From NCBI RefSeq assembly GCF_037042905.1, contig NC_087246.1:13716233-13780232 (forward strand): a stretch of DNA of 64,000 nt. The letters run 5' to 3'. Below are positions 52,125-64,000 of this stretch, one piece after another. The first letter of the stretch is position 1. Every line of letters starts with the position of its first letter. Below the pieces are notes generated by a model that saw only the letters and a program-made list of their open reading frames with translations, searched no databases and had not been told where the DNA came from. The position numbers and the translations under genes were made by a program. Origin of the DNA: Lytechinus pictus. Its lineage: Eukaryota.

Positions 52125-53071
52125 GTACGTGTCTATTCATATTTTAACCTGTTTATACATGCTAACGTCCTCACTTTTCATTTTTCTAAAATGCAAATTC
52201 TATATTCATCATTGTTACTAACATCAAATTCTTATTTCTTTAATGACTGGCAAAAAATAAAGTATACAACAAGCAATTGTAAATAGTTAAAATCTTGGAA
52301 AATGTAAGCTCTATGTACACACTGCAGAATGTAGATACAGCAGATTTTCAGAAGATTTATCTCTGATGCTTGGTTTTGTTCATTGGAATTAGCTTTGATA
52401 TTCATGAATTACCCTGCATTTTTCTTCATTCAAATTATTTTGGTACAAAAATTGTGTTTTCTTTGTTCTTCTTTATCCCCGTTGGCATTAAAGTTATATT
52501 GTGAATTTAGGCCTTTAAGTTTTACGACTCTTGCATATCGAGCACAAATCAGGATCCATTTTGGTACAGCAGTGCACTGAAAACTGTTGAAATTGATTTC
52601 TGAAATTGAAATTGATTCCTGTGTATACCCTTCCAAAGTGTATGTCAACACCAACATTGCACTGTCTTGGTAATCAAAATAGTAAACAAAAACAGTTTCA
52701 ATGCAATTGCCATGTACTAGTAAGTTATTTGAAACAGTTTCAGACAGTGACCTGGGGCTTATATCACAGAGCTTAGCAATCATTGTGGAACATTTTTTAT
52801 GATTGATTGAATCAAAATAGTAACCAATAGTGTCAATGATTGATTTGTATGATATTTGTATGATACTTATTTTATGATGTTCATGTACCATGTTGATTTT
52901 AAATGGTCAAATAAATAAAAATGAAAATGAAATTGCATTGACTATAATGTACAATTAACCGTGAAAATCAAGTGTACGATTAATTGCTAAACTTTGTGTT
53001 ACGGGACCCTGGATCTGTGTGACAAGACCCCTAAAGTTGATGAATCAATCACCTTTTCTATTCTACCCCAG

Positions 53072-53233
53072 GTGAATCAAGGCACCGTCGAGCTATGTGT
53101 ATCTGGGTTTATCGGTCTGGATGTTCCTCCCCCAGCTGGACCCCTCTGGATCCTGGGTGACCCCTTCCTTCGCAAATACTACACCAAGTTTGACCGTGCA
53201 AACGACCGTCTGGGATTTGCTGTAGCTGTCTAA
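53072..53233 (+). CDS. CTSD: CTSD-like exon 9 (terminal, stop TAA 53231-53233)
   Basis: Acceptor ctaccccag. Encodes [53 protein letters not shown]. Confidence 0.9.
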   Translation: MNQGTVELCVSGFIGLDVPPPAGPLWILGDPFLRKYYTKFDRANDRLGFAVAV

Positions 53234-53421
53234 GTCTGTCAATCTAAACTTGACTCTGCACTTGATACAGAAAATTAACATGTAGAGGTAGATCTTTTCA
53301 TTCATAAATCTTTCATACTTGGTTTTCTATAAACCAGTGGTTGATAATCAATTCAAAGATCAATCATTATCTTTCATGTTGCAGGTCATACAATGTTATT
53401 TCAATCCAAGACATCCTCACA

Positions 53422-53427
53422 AATAAA
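53422..53427 (+). promoter_or_regulatory. Candidate polyadenylation signal AATAAA for the CTSD-like gene
   Basis: First AATAAA after the stop codon, about 190 nt downstream. A second one lies at 53533-53538. Confidence 0.3.
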
Positions 53428-56400
53428 ATATTCCCTGCTTTCATTGCATCAGGCTGTGATGCAATGGAGGAATAGTAATTAATATTTTAAACACAACCAC
53501 CACCCCCCCTCCCCCTTCAAATATTTGCATGAAATAAAATTACATACATTGAGCTTTAGCAAGTGTCGAAGGTCAGTACATGTATTTGTGATCATGCAAT
53601 CACGTTTTCTTCTTCGAAGTGTTATAAAGGCTGATTCCTTAAATACAATCAACAAAATTTACTGAAAGTAAATCATTGATCTGTTTTTACTTTTTCTCAC
53701 TGTCACAATACATTTTGAAATGAAAGTTTCACAGGTTTGGCAGTTGGCATAGTAATTTGAAAAAGACAGGAAATGTGTGTGTTTTGTACGAGTCTTGATC
53801 ATACAGTTATTCGCTGATATATTGCGAGGGATTAATCAAGGATTTCAATAGAGACAAAATTGGCTTGATTTAAAAGAATGCTTGAGAGTTTATCTTATTG
53901 TGCTTTTTCTTAAGAGTTCCGGTGTCTTGTAAATCTTTTTTTTTTTTAAGATGTCTTCTGTTTTGTGTACATTTTGTTACCTCATTTCATCATTTTTTTA
54001 ATGGTTAATTTTATTTTTATTTGTTCTAAAGAAAAAAAAACTTAAAATGTTTGTTATATTTGTGTTCATTACATTTTTTGTTAATAATCAGAGCAGTGCC
54101 ACCTATATGAATAGGTGGGTGATAAATATTGCATTAAATTGCTCTTCTAAAAGAAGACGTTCTGAAATACAATCAAATTTACCTAAACAAAGAATATAAA
54201 AATTCTATTGCATTAATCTACAATGGTAAAGCTATTAAAAAATGTAGGACGTTTGCCTCATGTAAGGTTGATGTAAGGATACAGGTTAAAAAATCAGGTT
54301 CATGTTGTCTGATATTGTGTAGCAAAATACAATTATGTGGGGTTTACTCTCCTTTCTTTCATTACTGTCATGTGTGGTATTAGATGAGCATTCCAAGAAA
54401 ATACAAGACTATAACACTTTACGACCATAGTCTGTGCCTTCGGTAGGAATAAATCATGACGCATTTCAGGACTGATCATTATGGCCAGGATGATAGTATA
54501 GGCAATGCTAAAGTATATGCATTAGGAAGGTAAACCGAATGTATTGTAAACATATGGGTACTTGTAGAACATGAGATAATATTTCATGAATGACTTGGAG
54601 TGTTTTGACTCATTTTAATTTGATGGATTTGGGGTGGGCTTTAGTCAAAATTAAAGAAATTCTTTTAGGAAAGCATTTACAATATATAGCCATGTACTTG
54701 TTGAAAGGTGTATTTCCGGATAATTCTGCTTTTCATTTGTACCATTTTTCATTTAAGCTAAATCGAGTTCACCATTCGCTGACTATTTAGACATCCACTT
54801 TAATGGCTAAAGAAATATTTGATCACTGTTTTTCCACCAACCTCATTAAAAATATAAAAAAAGGATTTCTTGATATATATGAATGTTGTTCCATTTTAAG
54901 TGTGTAATTGAAGAAAAATACATGTTTAACATGAAAACAGTAGTATTCATTTAGATAGGTGTTGTATAAAGTTTATTTTCTGGCATGAACTCAATGTCCT
55001 CATTGTTATTTTGTAATTTGTCCTCAAATATTCAAGTAAAATCTAATATTGACTGAAAATATTATATCATATATTGATATATTTGATTCATGATAATCAG
55101 AATTTTATATACAACTTGGAGAATCTTGTAGGAATTTTCAATAGAACAAAGGAGTTGCTCAATATGACACTGATATATGCAATAATTGTGATATTAAGAA
55201 AATGTTATGTGTTGTCTCACTTGTCTGTATATGTTTGTGTTGTTTGGAAATGAAAAATGAATTAAAAGTTCATGTAATTTACCTGTAAAAATCTTGATGC
55301 TTGAATTCTTTAAAATGTTGTTCATAACTGGTGCAAAAAAAATACAGGCATAGCACAACAAAAGAAATTTGTTCAAACAATTTACTTTATTCACATAATT
55401 CAGTTCATTCCTGCATGCTGATGGAAATCAGAAATATTCTTACTACAATATATAATCTGAATTAGTTTTAAAGACATTTTTTTTTTTATATATTTCAATT
55501 GTATTTACATTTCATACATTGAATTTTTAAAGCACCATTACTTATGCCTTTTGCACAATTGCAAATGATCACTACTATGTATTTATTACAAGCTTTTGTT
55601 CATTAAAACACCACAAAGGCTTGAAAACTAATGGGAGCATAAAAACTGAAATGTATTTATAAAATGATAAAAATCTTGGAAAATTAAGAGGCATGATCTT
55701 TCCTTGCAACTGTGGGATATTGGTATTTATTTAATTAAGAAACAAACTTTATTCTAACCTTATAATTTAAGGTAAAAGCAAAGTTTGTTTCTTAATTAAA
55801 TAAATATCAATGTTTAATGCCACTGAAAACTTTGTATCACAATTTTTCTTGAATTAGATCTCAAATTCATATTAAAAAAATATGTGCAATTCCATTTTTC
55901 CCCCAAGAAGATGTCCACAATAATTAAAATTCACCATAACTATTCCTTTAAATTGCAAGACTTTGGAATATCATTTAATAATCTTGAATCATCTTCTTTC
56001 CTCAAATTCGAGAAGGTAAAATACAATGAAAGCTTTACAGACTGGTTAGAATATTTATATTTTATTGCATGGCTCACAATGGGATACAAAAATATTGTAA
56101 ACTAATGAGCAGTATATTTCTGGTATCACATGAAGAAAAAAAATATCCAATATGATTATTATATTTACTAATCTATATTTTAGACTGCAATCTGACAAGA
56201 CAGTTCTGACAGATCCGACGGGAAGTTTTGTACATAAGCCAATGGGGAATTAGTTATTGGCTGTTATTTGGTGTAAACTGATCATATTTACTTAGCCCTT
56301 TTACGCAGATACTTATCAAAGTCTGTGACACGCGCTGTCTATTGCTAGCTAACCCTAATTCGGGATCAGCTCAAATGATATTGAATGTGGGATAGCAATT

Positions 56401-57419
56401 GTGTTAGACGCTGGCCAGGATTCAAGCTATATGAGGTTGCACAAAATATTGTTAGGTTTCCTTATCAAAATGGTACACAAACATTGAATAAATTAAGAAA
56501 ATCAGTGTGTCAGAGTGTCATTTGATTAAGAATGGCCGCTTCAACACTGAGCACTTTGCATCTTTTCTTTCTTACATTCCCCCTAGAAATCACTGCTAGT
56601 CCAAACAAAGTGTTAAGTACAGTGCATAGAAGAGGGCAATGTTTATGTTCGGTTTAATATCAACAACACGATCATACAGTGCACATAGCCATTTAATGTC
56701 TGGAAAAAATATATATTTCAATCAAAAATATTAAAGAATGATATTGTTATTTAAAAGGCAACTATATACTGGTGCCTTATATATTCCCTGTCCCCCCAAA
56801 ACCCCCCCCCCCCCCCCCCCGTAGAAAAGTAAATCCAGCAAACACAAGTTGATTCCAGTGAAGGCCAACCAAAACAAAAAGTAGGTTTGAAAAAAAGAAA
56901 AAATGAACAACAATAATGCAAATTCAATAAAAATCAGATGTTAAATGATAGATTAAATTGTAAATTTCACTTATTTCCATAAATAAGGCAATTTACACTT
57001 TGATGACATATTCATCATATGCCCATATCATTTTTCTCTATTTATTCATATAAATCTATTATTTTGGGTGGATTTGTGCTCTCATAGAAATCACTAACAA
57101 TATCCCAAACAACTTCCAAATCAGGTGAATATACAAACAGGTATGGACATTTATTGTATATAAATTTGAATAGCTTCTAATGGCCTAAAGTCAGAAAACA
57201 GTAGTTATGAAAATCAAGCAAATTGGATATCATCATGAACTTGTGAAGGCACGTCTATCTGGAAAAGTAGTACTGATCTTATAATAAAATTAGAAACTCT
57301 GAGCATAATATCTCAATATTAAAAACATACAAATTATAAAAAATTTTATCAGGTATCAAAGTTGGTCTATTGAATACAATATTTAGGAGTATTTCTTTGG
57401 GAAACTAAATATTTGAGAA

Positions 57420-57806
57420 TCAAGTCCATCTGAGAGGCCCTGTTATCAACAAGGTTGTGACCAGTCCCACCAAGGCAATATCAACTGCAGGTTTCTTTAA
57501 GATGTTGGTCACCGTAGCAACAACTCCTTCCTCCTCTTTCTTATCCATCTCTCTCTCCTCTTCTTCCTTGTCTGTCTTGGCCACTCCCTCATTGCCATGG
57601 TGACATGAGACGGGTGAGAGGCGTTGGAAGTCTGGTGAGTTCTCAGTGAAGACAATCTTCCTTGTGGTGCAGTCCAGGGATGATGGTGTGAGGGTTGGGG
57701 TTGGAAGAGGACTTGGGGAGTAGATCTCACGGATGCTGGTGAGTTCTGATGCAAAGTGAACAGACTTCCTTTGTAGCTTGGCTGTGGGTATGGAAGGGCT
57801 TTCCAT
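57420..57806 (-). CDS. Putative terminal myosin tail exon ending in a hydrophobic C-terminal (tail-anchor-like) segment
   Basis: Acceptor tatttccag sits immediately before the codon ATG GAA. Phase 0 matches the upstream donor. Encodes MESPSIPTAKLQRKSVHFASELTSIREIYSPSPLPTPTLTPSSLDCTTRKIVFTENSPDFQRLSPVSCHHGNEGVAKTDKEEEEREMDKKEEEGVVATVTNILKKPAVDIALVGLVTTLLITGPLRWT* (ORF 57420..57806). Confidence 0.55.
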   Translation of the reverse strand: MESPSIPTAKLQRKSVHFASELTSIREIYSPSPLPTPTLTPSSLDCTTRKIVFTENSPDFQRLSPVSCHHGNEGVAKTDKEEEEREMDKKEEEGVVATVTNILKKPAVDIALVGLVTTLLITGPLRWT

Positions 57807-58815
57807 CTGGAAATACCAAATGTAAAAACTTTAACATTCATTGGAGGGACCCAAACATACTTGGAATAAAAATGAAACTGGTTTGAATGAGTTATCTCAC
57901 TTATGAGGGTGTTTCATCCTTCCCAATGCCTGTAAGTTTTTTTTACATAAAAATTTATATCAACAATTCAAAAATTTCAACATTGATGAACAAAGTATAA
58001 AATCAGTAACAACTTCTCTATAACTAATCATTCCATTATTAATTAATTTTTGGGCTTCTGCTTGTGAAGGAAGGACTCTAAAAATTACTTCTTGAAAAGC
58101 AAAAGGACTTCCAAAACCACTGAAATTACCATTTGCTTCTTTCAGGAGAAGGGTAGAAGCTAATATTGTTAAAAATATGCTAGCATTTATTTTTGTTTAA
58201 AAAAACATTCAGTATTTAGAAAAGTGTTGGAGGTGTACATTTAAAAAAATGTGAATATACACTCGAAAAGTGGTGTAATTCTTAGGGGGGAATCTATATC
58301 GAAGATTTTAAAAAAATATTTCATCACTTTGATGTCAGTACACATTTCACCAAATGCATAATTCTTAGATTATTTTAGTCAATTCCTTTTATTCCTATCC
58401 AACATTCTTTGAGGGAACATTGCAAAAATGCAACTAAAAAAATTTCATGCAAGCCCTAAATTTTGATTTGGGGAATGTAAATCAATCACATCTGTTTCTG
58501 AAAATGGGCCACAGATCTGTAGTCCATTTCATAAAACTTGTTGTAAAAACAAATCTACAATAACAATTAAAAGATACAGGAATTCTTCAATCTGATTGGC
58601 TGATAGTGAATTTGTTATTGAAATTGTGCATTTGTTATTATAACAAGTCTTTATGAAATGAACCCCGATCCTGGGCCCTGTTTCATGAAGATTTTAATAA
58701 AGAACAAATGCTACAATTTGCTCTCGGTCAATCCAATAATTGCATCATTTCAGTAGCTTATCTGTAACTTGTCAATCATAGCAGGTTTCATGAAACTGGA
58801 ACCATATCCCAATAC

Positions 58816-59003
58816 CTTCTCATCCTCCTCGACTCCCCCGATGTTGTCCACATCCTGCTCTTCTTCAAAATCATCTTCATAGATAGATGCATCTAGTCTC
58901 TCCTGCCTCTTTCTGAACAAGTAGTCCAACATGGCATGTTGTATCACCCTAGCTGCATGATCCATGATCTTGATGGCGTTACGTACCCTCCAACCTCGAT
59001 AAC
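58816..59003 (-). CDS. Myosin lever-arm / proximal tail exon (IQ motif 3, acidic stretch)
   Basis: Acceptor ctttcag. Encodes (G)YRGWRVRNAIKIMDHAARVIQHAMLDYLFRKRQERLDASIYEDDFEEEQDVDNIGGVEEDEK. Putative donor GTATTG after GAG AAG. Alternatively, read-through to the stop at 58750 would give a C-terminus ...VLGYGSSFMKPAMIDKLQISY*. Confidence 0.7.
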
Positions 59004-59894
59004 CTGAAAGCAGGAAACAAGGATTACAAGGAGAACATACTGGAATGAACTCTGAAGGTCTAATCCTACTTATCTATTTCCCTGTTTGACATCATCCCAC
59101 ATGGGCTAATCCTAGTTTGTCTACTATTAAACCATTTGGTAATTCCCACTTCATCTAATGTCTACTTGGTGAAACACCACTGTCTCTATAGCTTGTGACA
59201 AACTGATAATATATCACATTTTCATTTGAGAACTCGTTTTTATACAAATTGGCAAAAAGACCAAGTGAGAATTATAATAGACCGATTATATATCAGACCA
59301 ATTTGTAAGTAGACCCATTGGCTTAAGCCATGCAGTTTAAGAAAATAATACAATTGGACCAACCCAACAGCTGCGAGACAAAGTGGATACAAACCCTCTC
59401 AACTAACAGACTAACCCCAACCCTTGCCAGATTAAACAACCCTCTTTCATATTAAGGATGAAATCATGGTACACCAAATGATCTCCATGATAGGAGCCAC
59501 TTTATGTAAAGGGGGAGCAAATTGACAAAAAACACTTGTGTGGTGTATCATTGACAGCGGGTTACAAATAACTGGTCTTAAAATATATGTTTTGAGATAA
59601 CTATAATCAATACAGAGAATAAGATAGCTGATAATTATATTTGTGTGGAGACTCTAAAATGTTTTTGAGAGGAAAAGTATTGGGTTGCTACTCGGTAAAA
59701 TAACCATTGTGATAACAATGTATCAAGTAGTACATAATTTTGTTTTTCATCATTTAGGTGGGCTATTAAAGGACTACACTGCTCAGAATATTGCATCATG
59801 GGTAATGAAACTGGTCAAATATGCTTAGTTGAGGACTTGAGGAGGAGCTATTAAGTCTGATGGTTCACATGCCCTTTTAAAAATGTAAACCTAC

Positions 59895-60024
59895 CAGCTT
59901 GTATAACTGAAGCAGCCCATTCTCTCTCCCCTATGACAAGAGCTCTGTAAACTCTCCAGGCTCTCTGGATTATGGCAGCACACTGGGAAAGCTTCTTCAT
60001 ACGTTGACTCTCAAGGTATTCCAA
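59895..60024 (-). CDS. Myosin lever-arm exon (IQ motifs 1 and 2)
   Basis: Acceptor ttttcag, donor GTAGGT. Encodes LEYLESQRMKKLSQCAAIIQRAWRVYRALVIGEREWAASVIQA(G). Confidence 0.8.
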
Positions 60025-60834
60025 CTGAAAACAAAAAGAAATGGAGAAGATATTAAGACAACTATGTACTCACCATTTTAATAGGCAAACTATTACTTGA
60101 TAATATCACAACGTGAAGTTATATACTTGAGATGAGTTAAACCCATTAACATCAGATCATATGGATTGTTATCATTACATTTTTCATAATGAACAGTGCC
60201 TATAATAGATATATAGTAAACTTGTAGATTGATGGAGTATATTGCATGTTTAAAGCATCTGCCGTGGTTTGTCAGATTTGCATAGCATAACATGTATATG
60301 ATTTTTTTTTGTGTAATATGGACTAGGCATCCAGTATAAAGTGACACCCCTGAAGTATATGGCCACTGAGAGGCAATATCTAACACATTGACACAAGGAA
60401 GTCAGCAACATGTCAATTGTATCTCAGTTAGTGTGCTCTCCTTGTGGGTTGATTTTCATGCATAACACACAGGAACGCTTTAGTCAAGACATCATAGTAA
60501 TGCATTGAGCTCAGTGTAGATGACATTTTGCTCTTTATCAGGAAATATTACAATTGTCACTTGCTACCATTTGCGATTTTAGGCTGGTTCATATATGAAA
60601 AACTAGCTGATTAATAGAGTGATCAAGAACTTAATATTCATCTAAAATTAAAGTAAATATAGCTTTTAAAACGTCTTCTAATACCTTGAAAAACTTTGTT
60701 CGTCATTATGGACAATTCTGCTAGATAGTATAGATCAGTATGAAAACATACATCATAGACCCCGTATCATTTTGACAGTCTAATAATAAAAAATATTTGA
60801 GGAATCACATGTTGCCAGGAACATGTTAACATAC

Positions 60835-61030
60835 CTGGCCTTCTCTAAGAAAGATCTTTGTCTTGCCAAGCTGCTGAGTGGATGAACTATCTGATTGATT
60901 CTCCTTATCATCATCACTAAACAAGCTCCTGTAGATGAGTCTACATCTGTTTCGTATTGACCCTTGGTCATCCGTCTCCTCCTTGGGAAGGAGGATACTG
61001 TATCTCTCACAGAAATCTGCATGTGATAAC
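60835..61030 (-). CDS. Myosin converter / end-of-motor exon
   Basis: Acceptor ttttcag, donor GTATGT. Encodes LSHADFCERYSILLPKEETDDQGSIRNRCRLIYRSLFSDDDKENQSDSSSTQQLGKTKIFLREGQ. It matches ORF 60826..61050(-). Confidence 0.85.
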
Positions 61031-61811
61031 CTGAAAAATTGACAATTCATTTTAGTTTATTACTACTTTCAAAATAACTTAGTTTTATTTTTACATTCAG
61101 ATTTATTCAAACTCCTGTAGACAAATCTATGACCCGAGGTCACCCTCTTCCCCCTCAAAATAAGTATGCTGCATGGAAAAAGTCATAGGTTAGGGTTGGA
61201 ATATGCTCAAAATTCAGCTTATCAGAACCCAATACTAAAGATATTGCAACAGCTGCATTGGAAGACTGTATATTCAAAATTGATTTGCATGAAAATTTTA
61301 CAAGGCAGGATTTGGGTCCACTGTTATTATACTTTTCGCATTAAATTCAAGATAGACTTTCCCTCGTAGGCTATATTACAGACACACCTGACCCACATTA
61401 CACAAAACACCTGACTGCTTCCAAGTTCCTTGATCAATGCAATTGATTGTGAAAATCATCCTTACAATTATTTGCTAAGCTTTGAGGTATGGGGCCCTGG
61501 AGCTAGTTAAAATAGATAGCAACGTTGAAATTTCAAACCTATCTTTGCTTTCAACCAATCAGAAGTAAGCATTTTGGACTTTATATAGGATCAATTTTTT
61601 TGTGAGTTGTGTGTTAAATGATATATTTCTGCAAAGAGCCTCTGGATCTAATTCATATAAATCTCGCTTTTGATAAAATTCTTGGAATTTTGTACAAGCT
61701 TGCTCTCATTCAATCAAACTGAAGGATTTCAGTATTTTACAACAGTATCGCCCAACTTTCCTGGGATTACAATTTTTTTTTTAACAGGGCTCTAATATAA
61801 ATCCAACTCAC

Positions 61812-61990
61812 TTTGAAGGAAACCCTGCAGCACTGATAGCCACAGTTTCCAAGACACCACAAGCTCTCAGCTGAGAGGCAACAAAACGGCTGTCAAACAA
61901 GTCTGGCTGGCACTGAAAATTGGGTTTTATGCATCTGATGTAGTGAGGAGTCGTAGAGGTCAGTGTGGTCATTAGACTCCCCAAAGACTC
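61812..61990 (-). CDS. Myosin motor exon (SH1/SH2 region)
   Basis: Acceptor aattcag, donor GTGAGT. Encodes [59 protein letters not shown](K). Confidence 0.9.
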
Positions 61991-62442
61991 CTGAATTTAA
62001 GAAAAGTGCACTCAATTAAATAATAATAAATCAAAAGAATGAGCAGGCAAATAATTCTTATGGTCAGTCCATTTTGTTTATAGGGATCATTGATTTGTTT
62101 TTCCTTCTTTCTTTCTTTATCATCAAATAATATCTATTTATATACTATCTATCTATTTAGTTAAATTCATATGACAACAACAAAGTTTCTTCAATTAGTG
62201 TACACATGACTAGAAAAGTTGCTAAATGTACATTCTTATAAAAAGTGGCTTTTCATCTGAGCTACATGTACATGCATCTGTCACTATTTATTATACATGT
62301 ATTTCTCTGTATTTTATGAAATTAATGAAGAAAACAGAAAGAATATTATTGACATGTAACTAGATGCTACTCCTGGTAAATCTGATTGAAATCATAAGCC
62401 ATGTCGTTGTAATTAAACAGAATATTTTACACTCAATATTAC

Positions 62443-62502
62443 CTTGAATCTTGAAACAACAGTCTTGCTGAGTTTTGATTTGGATCCCTTACTCTGGAGC
62501 TC
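62443..62502 (-). CDS. Myosin motor exon (loop-2 region)
   Basis: Acceptor ttgaacag, donor GTAATA. Encodes ELQSKGSKSKLSKTVVSRFK. Confidence 0.75.
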
Positions 62503-62852
62503 CTGTTCAATAAAAAAAGAGCAAAAAAATTGTGAATCAAATTTTAAAAAGGGAAAAAAATAAATCCTGCCTATTTTACTGAATGTTGAAATCTCATTCC
62601 TGGGGAAAGAAAATAACTGGCATATTGCAATATTTTCTTTTGAAATAACATATCATCAAGACAAAGTAAACAGTTGCTATATAATTGGTTCAATTAACCT
62701 TTGTTTGCAGAAGGGATGTTTGGGTAAATTTTGCATAGGCAAGAAAAAGTCTCAATCACGAATTTGAGATTACTGGGAACCATGGGAACATATAGGGAAA
62801 GAGAGCAAATCCAGTTCTTTTAAATCAATCTTATCATTGAATTATTTTTTAC

Positions 62853-62945
62853 CTGCAACCTCTCTTGTTCAGGCTGAATGATCTTGGTCACAAACTGATT
62901 TGTGCTTTCCATCAAAACTTCAATCAATTCCATTGGAATTGGATC
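62853..62945 (-). CDS. Myosin motor exon
   Basis: Acceptor ttctag, donor GTAAAA. Encodes DPIPMELIEVLMESTNQFVTKIIQPEQERLQ. Confidence 0.75.
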
Positions 62946-63355
62946 CTAGAATGAAAAGAAAACAGAAATTTTTATTTAAAACTTATTTCCACAGCTGACA
63001 ATTAAACTTCTCCATGTACTACACATTGCAGTCAAAGAGCCTAACTCATTAGATAGTTGACTCCCATTTAATGACAAAAATTCACAATGATGGATTAACT
63101 TTAACAATATAGTATTCAAGTTTGTATTCACACAGCTGGGTTAAGTTAACCCATTGGTTAAAGCGTGTCATTTGACATAATTAGTACAATCCCAGGTCAT
63201 ATCACTTATGTAAACCGTGGTCTGACTAAACCCATCTTTGTGAAATATAAATTTTTCAACCCGGAAGTTGAAATTAGCCAATGGATTCAAGTTTACCCAA
63301 GTTTGTAAATTCAAGCTTAATGAAGATTACAGTTATGGATGTTTTATCAATGAAT

Positions 63356-63546
63356 GCCTGGTGGGTGTTTCATAAAGCTGTTCGTAAGTTAAGAGCGACT
63401 TTAAGAACGACTGGTGATCCTTTCTTACGCGCAAAACCCTCGCCAATGAAGGTTTTTGTGTATATTATTTACCCCAAGAAAGGATCACCAGTCGTTCTTA
63501 AAGTCGCTCTTAACGTACGAACAGCTTTATGAAACGGCCCCCAGGT
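63356..63546. mobile_element. Hairpin MITE family C (stem about 68 bp, arms share tttcataaagctgttcgt), inside a myosin intron
   Basis: The arm at 63356-63426 is the reverse complement of the arm at 63477-63546 with about 95% identity. Confidence 0.45.
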
Positions 63547-63619
63547 CAAAAGAGGGACAATCATTAAGAGAGGATGAATTCTGGATGAATGGACCCTAAG
63601 GAAAACAAATGTACCTTAC

Positions 63620-63796
63620 CTTAGTCTTTTCTATCAAGCCTGGTATATCATAGGTGACCAATCCAGCGTAATGTTTGATGGTAAACGCTGATTGTGGATG
63701 ATTCATAGGAGCTTTGGTCAAGAAGGGACTATCTACCGCTGCTAACAGTTTCTCCTCAAAAGATGTCGTGTCAGATTGGCGGTTCAGTCGGCATTC
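63620..63796 (-). CDS. Myosin motor exon
   Basis: Acceptor aaatag, donor GTAAGG. Encodes ECRLNRQSDTTSFEEKLLAAVDSPFLTKAPMNHPQSAFTIKHYAGLVTYDIPGLIEKTK, phases 0/0. Confidence 0.85.
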
Positions 63797-64000
63797 CTAT
63801 TTGGGAAACAAAACATAAAATTATGACTGATCAACCATTAAATCATGTTTATCAGTAACGCACGTAACATGAATGTTTCACTAAGCAGGAGTCGGAAAGA
63901 TTAAAAGTGGATGAAAATGGATGTAAAGTTATGCAAACAGATGTACATGTATCCTTTCCTACAAGAATAGGAACATTGAATCACTATATCACTGTACTAC

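Larger units (their letters stand above)
57420..63796 (-). other. Gene span (3' portion, 5' end outside the window): unconventional myosin heavy chain with C-terminal motor domain exons, 3 IQ motifs and a short tail, possibly class XIX-like
   Basis: Eight exons spliced in consistent phase carry diagnostic myosin motifs [31 protein letters not shown] and [20 protein letters not shown]. The end of the converter reads LGKTKIFLREGQ, followed by IQ motifs IQRAWRVYR, IQAGYRGWRVR and IQHAMLDYLFRKR. Confidence 0.85.

Noticed and set aside
57509-57841. 110-aa alternative-frame ORF overlapping the myosin tail exon
   Set aside because: It is out of frame with the splice-compatible reading and does not begin at the acceptor.

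Overview
This window is eukaryotic nuclear DNA. It is AT-rich (roughly 35-37% GC by eye), its genes are split by canonical GT-AG introns, and it carries dense interspersed repeats. It is not a prokaryotic locus: there is no operon structure, no CRISPR array and no defence-island signature.

Four protein-coding loci can be reconstructed from the sequence.

(1) Minus strand, 3372-19977: a leucine-rich-repeat-containing GPCR (LGR-type). Thirteen 72-nt LRR exons, one repeat per exon, all with phase-2 introns, lead into a 1165-nt terminal exon that encodes the hinge, a rhodopsin-like 7TM domain (DRY, CWxP, NPxxY) and the stop codon. The N-terminal exons are not resolved.

(2) Minus strand, 22981-27597: exons of a multi-SRCR (scavenger receptor cysteine-rich) gene. 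There are at least four SRCR domains, and every intron is phase 1. The gene lies directly 5' of the LGR on the same strand.

(3) Plus strand, 45938-53233: a complete 9-exon cathepsin D-like aspartic protease (peptidase A1, 396 codons) with both catalytic DTG(S/T) motifs and a CLEAR-like TCACGTGAC E-box about 310 bp upstream of the ATG.

(4) Minus strand, 57420-63796 (5' end beyond the window): the 3' half of an unconventional myosin. It has the FTIKHYAG...[19 protein letters not shown] motor core, three IQ motifs and a short tail ending in a hydrophobic C-terminal segment.

The remaining sequence is repeat-rich:
- Two degenerate CR1/L2-like LINE fragments.
- Three Tc1-like foldback MITEs with CAGTGCGTCCCA termini and TA target-site duplications.
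- Several other MITE and hairpin families.
- A tRNA-derived SINE-like element.
- A nest of palindromic and tandem arrays inside a large LGR intron.
- A satellite of about 90-150 bp units and a 534-bp tandem duplication preceded by a perfect 64-bp palindrome.
- Numerous C(10-25)/G(10-25) homopolymer tracts.

The gene content (an expanded SRCR family, an LGR built one LRR per exon, a MYO19-like myosin) and the Tc1 foldback elements suggest an invertebrate deuterostome, possibly an echinoderm. That assignment is an inference only.

Coordinates of splice junctions were derived by hand and may be off by a base or two.
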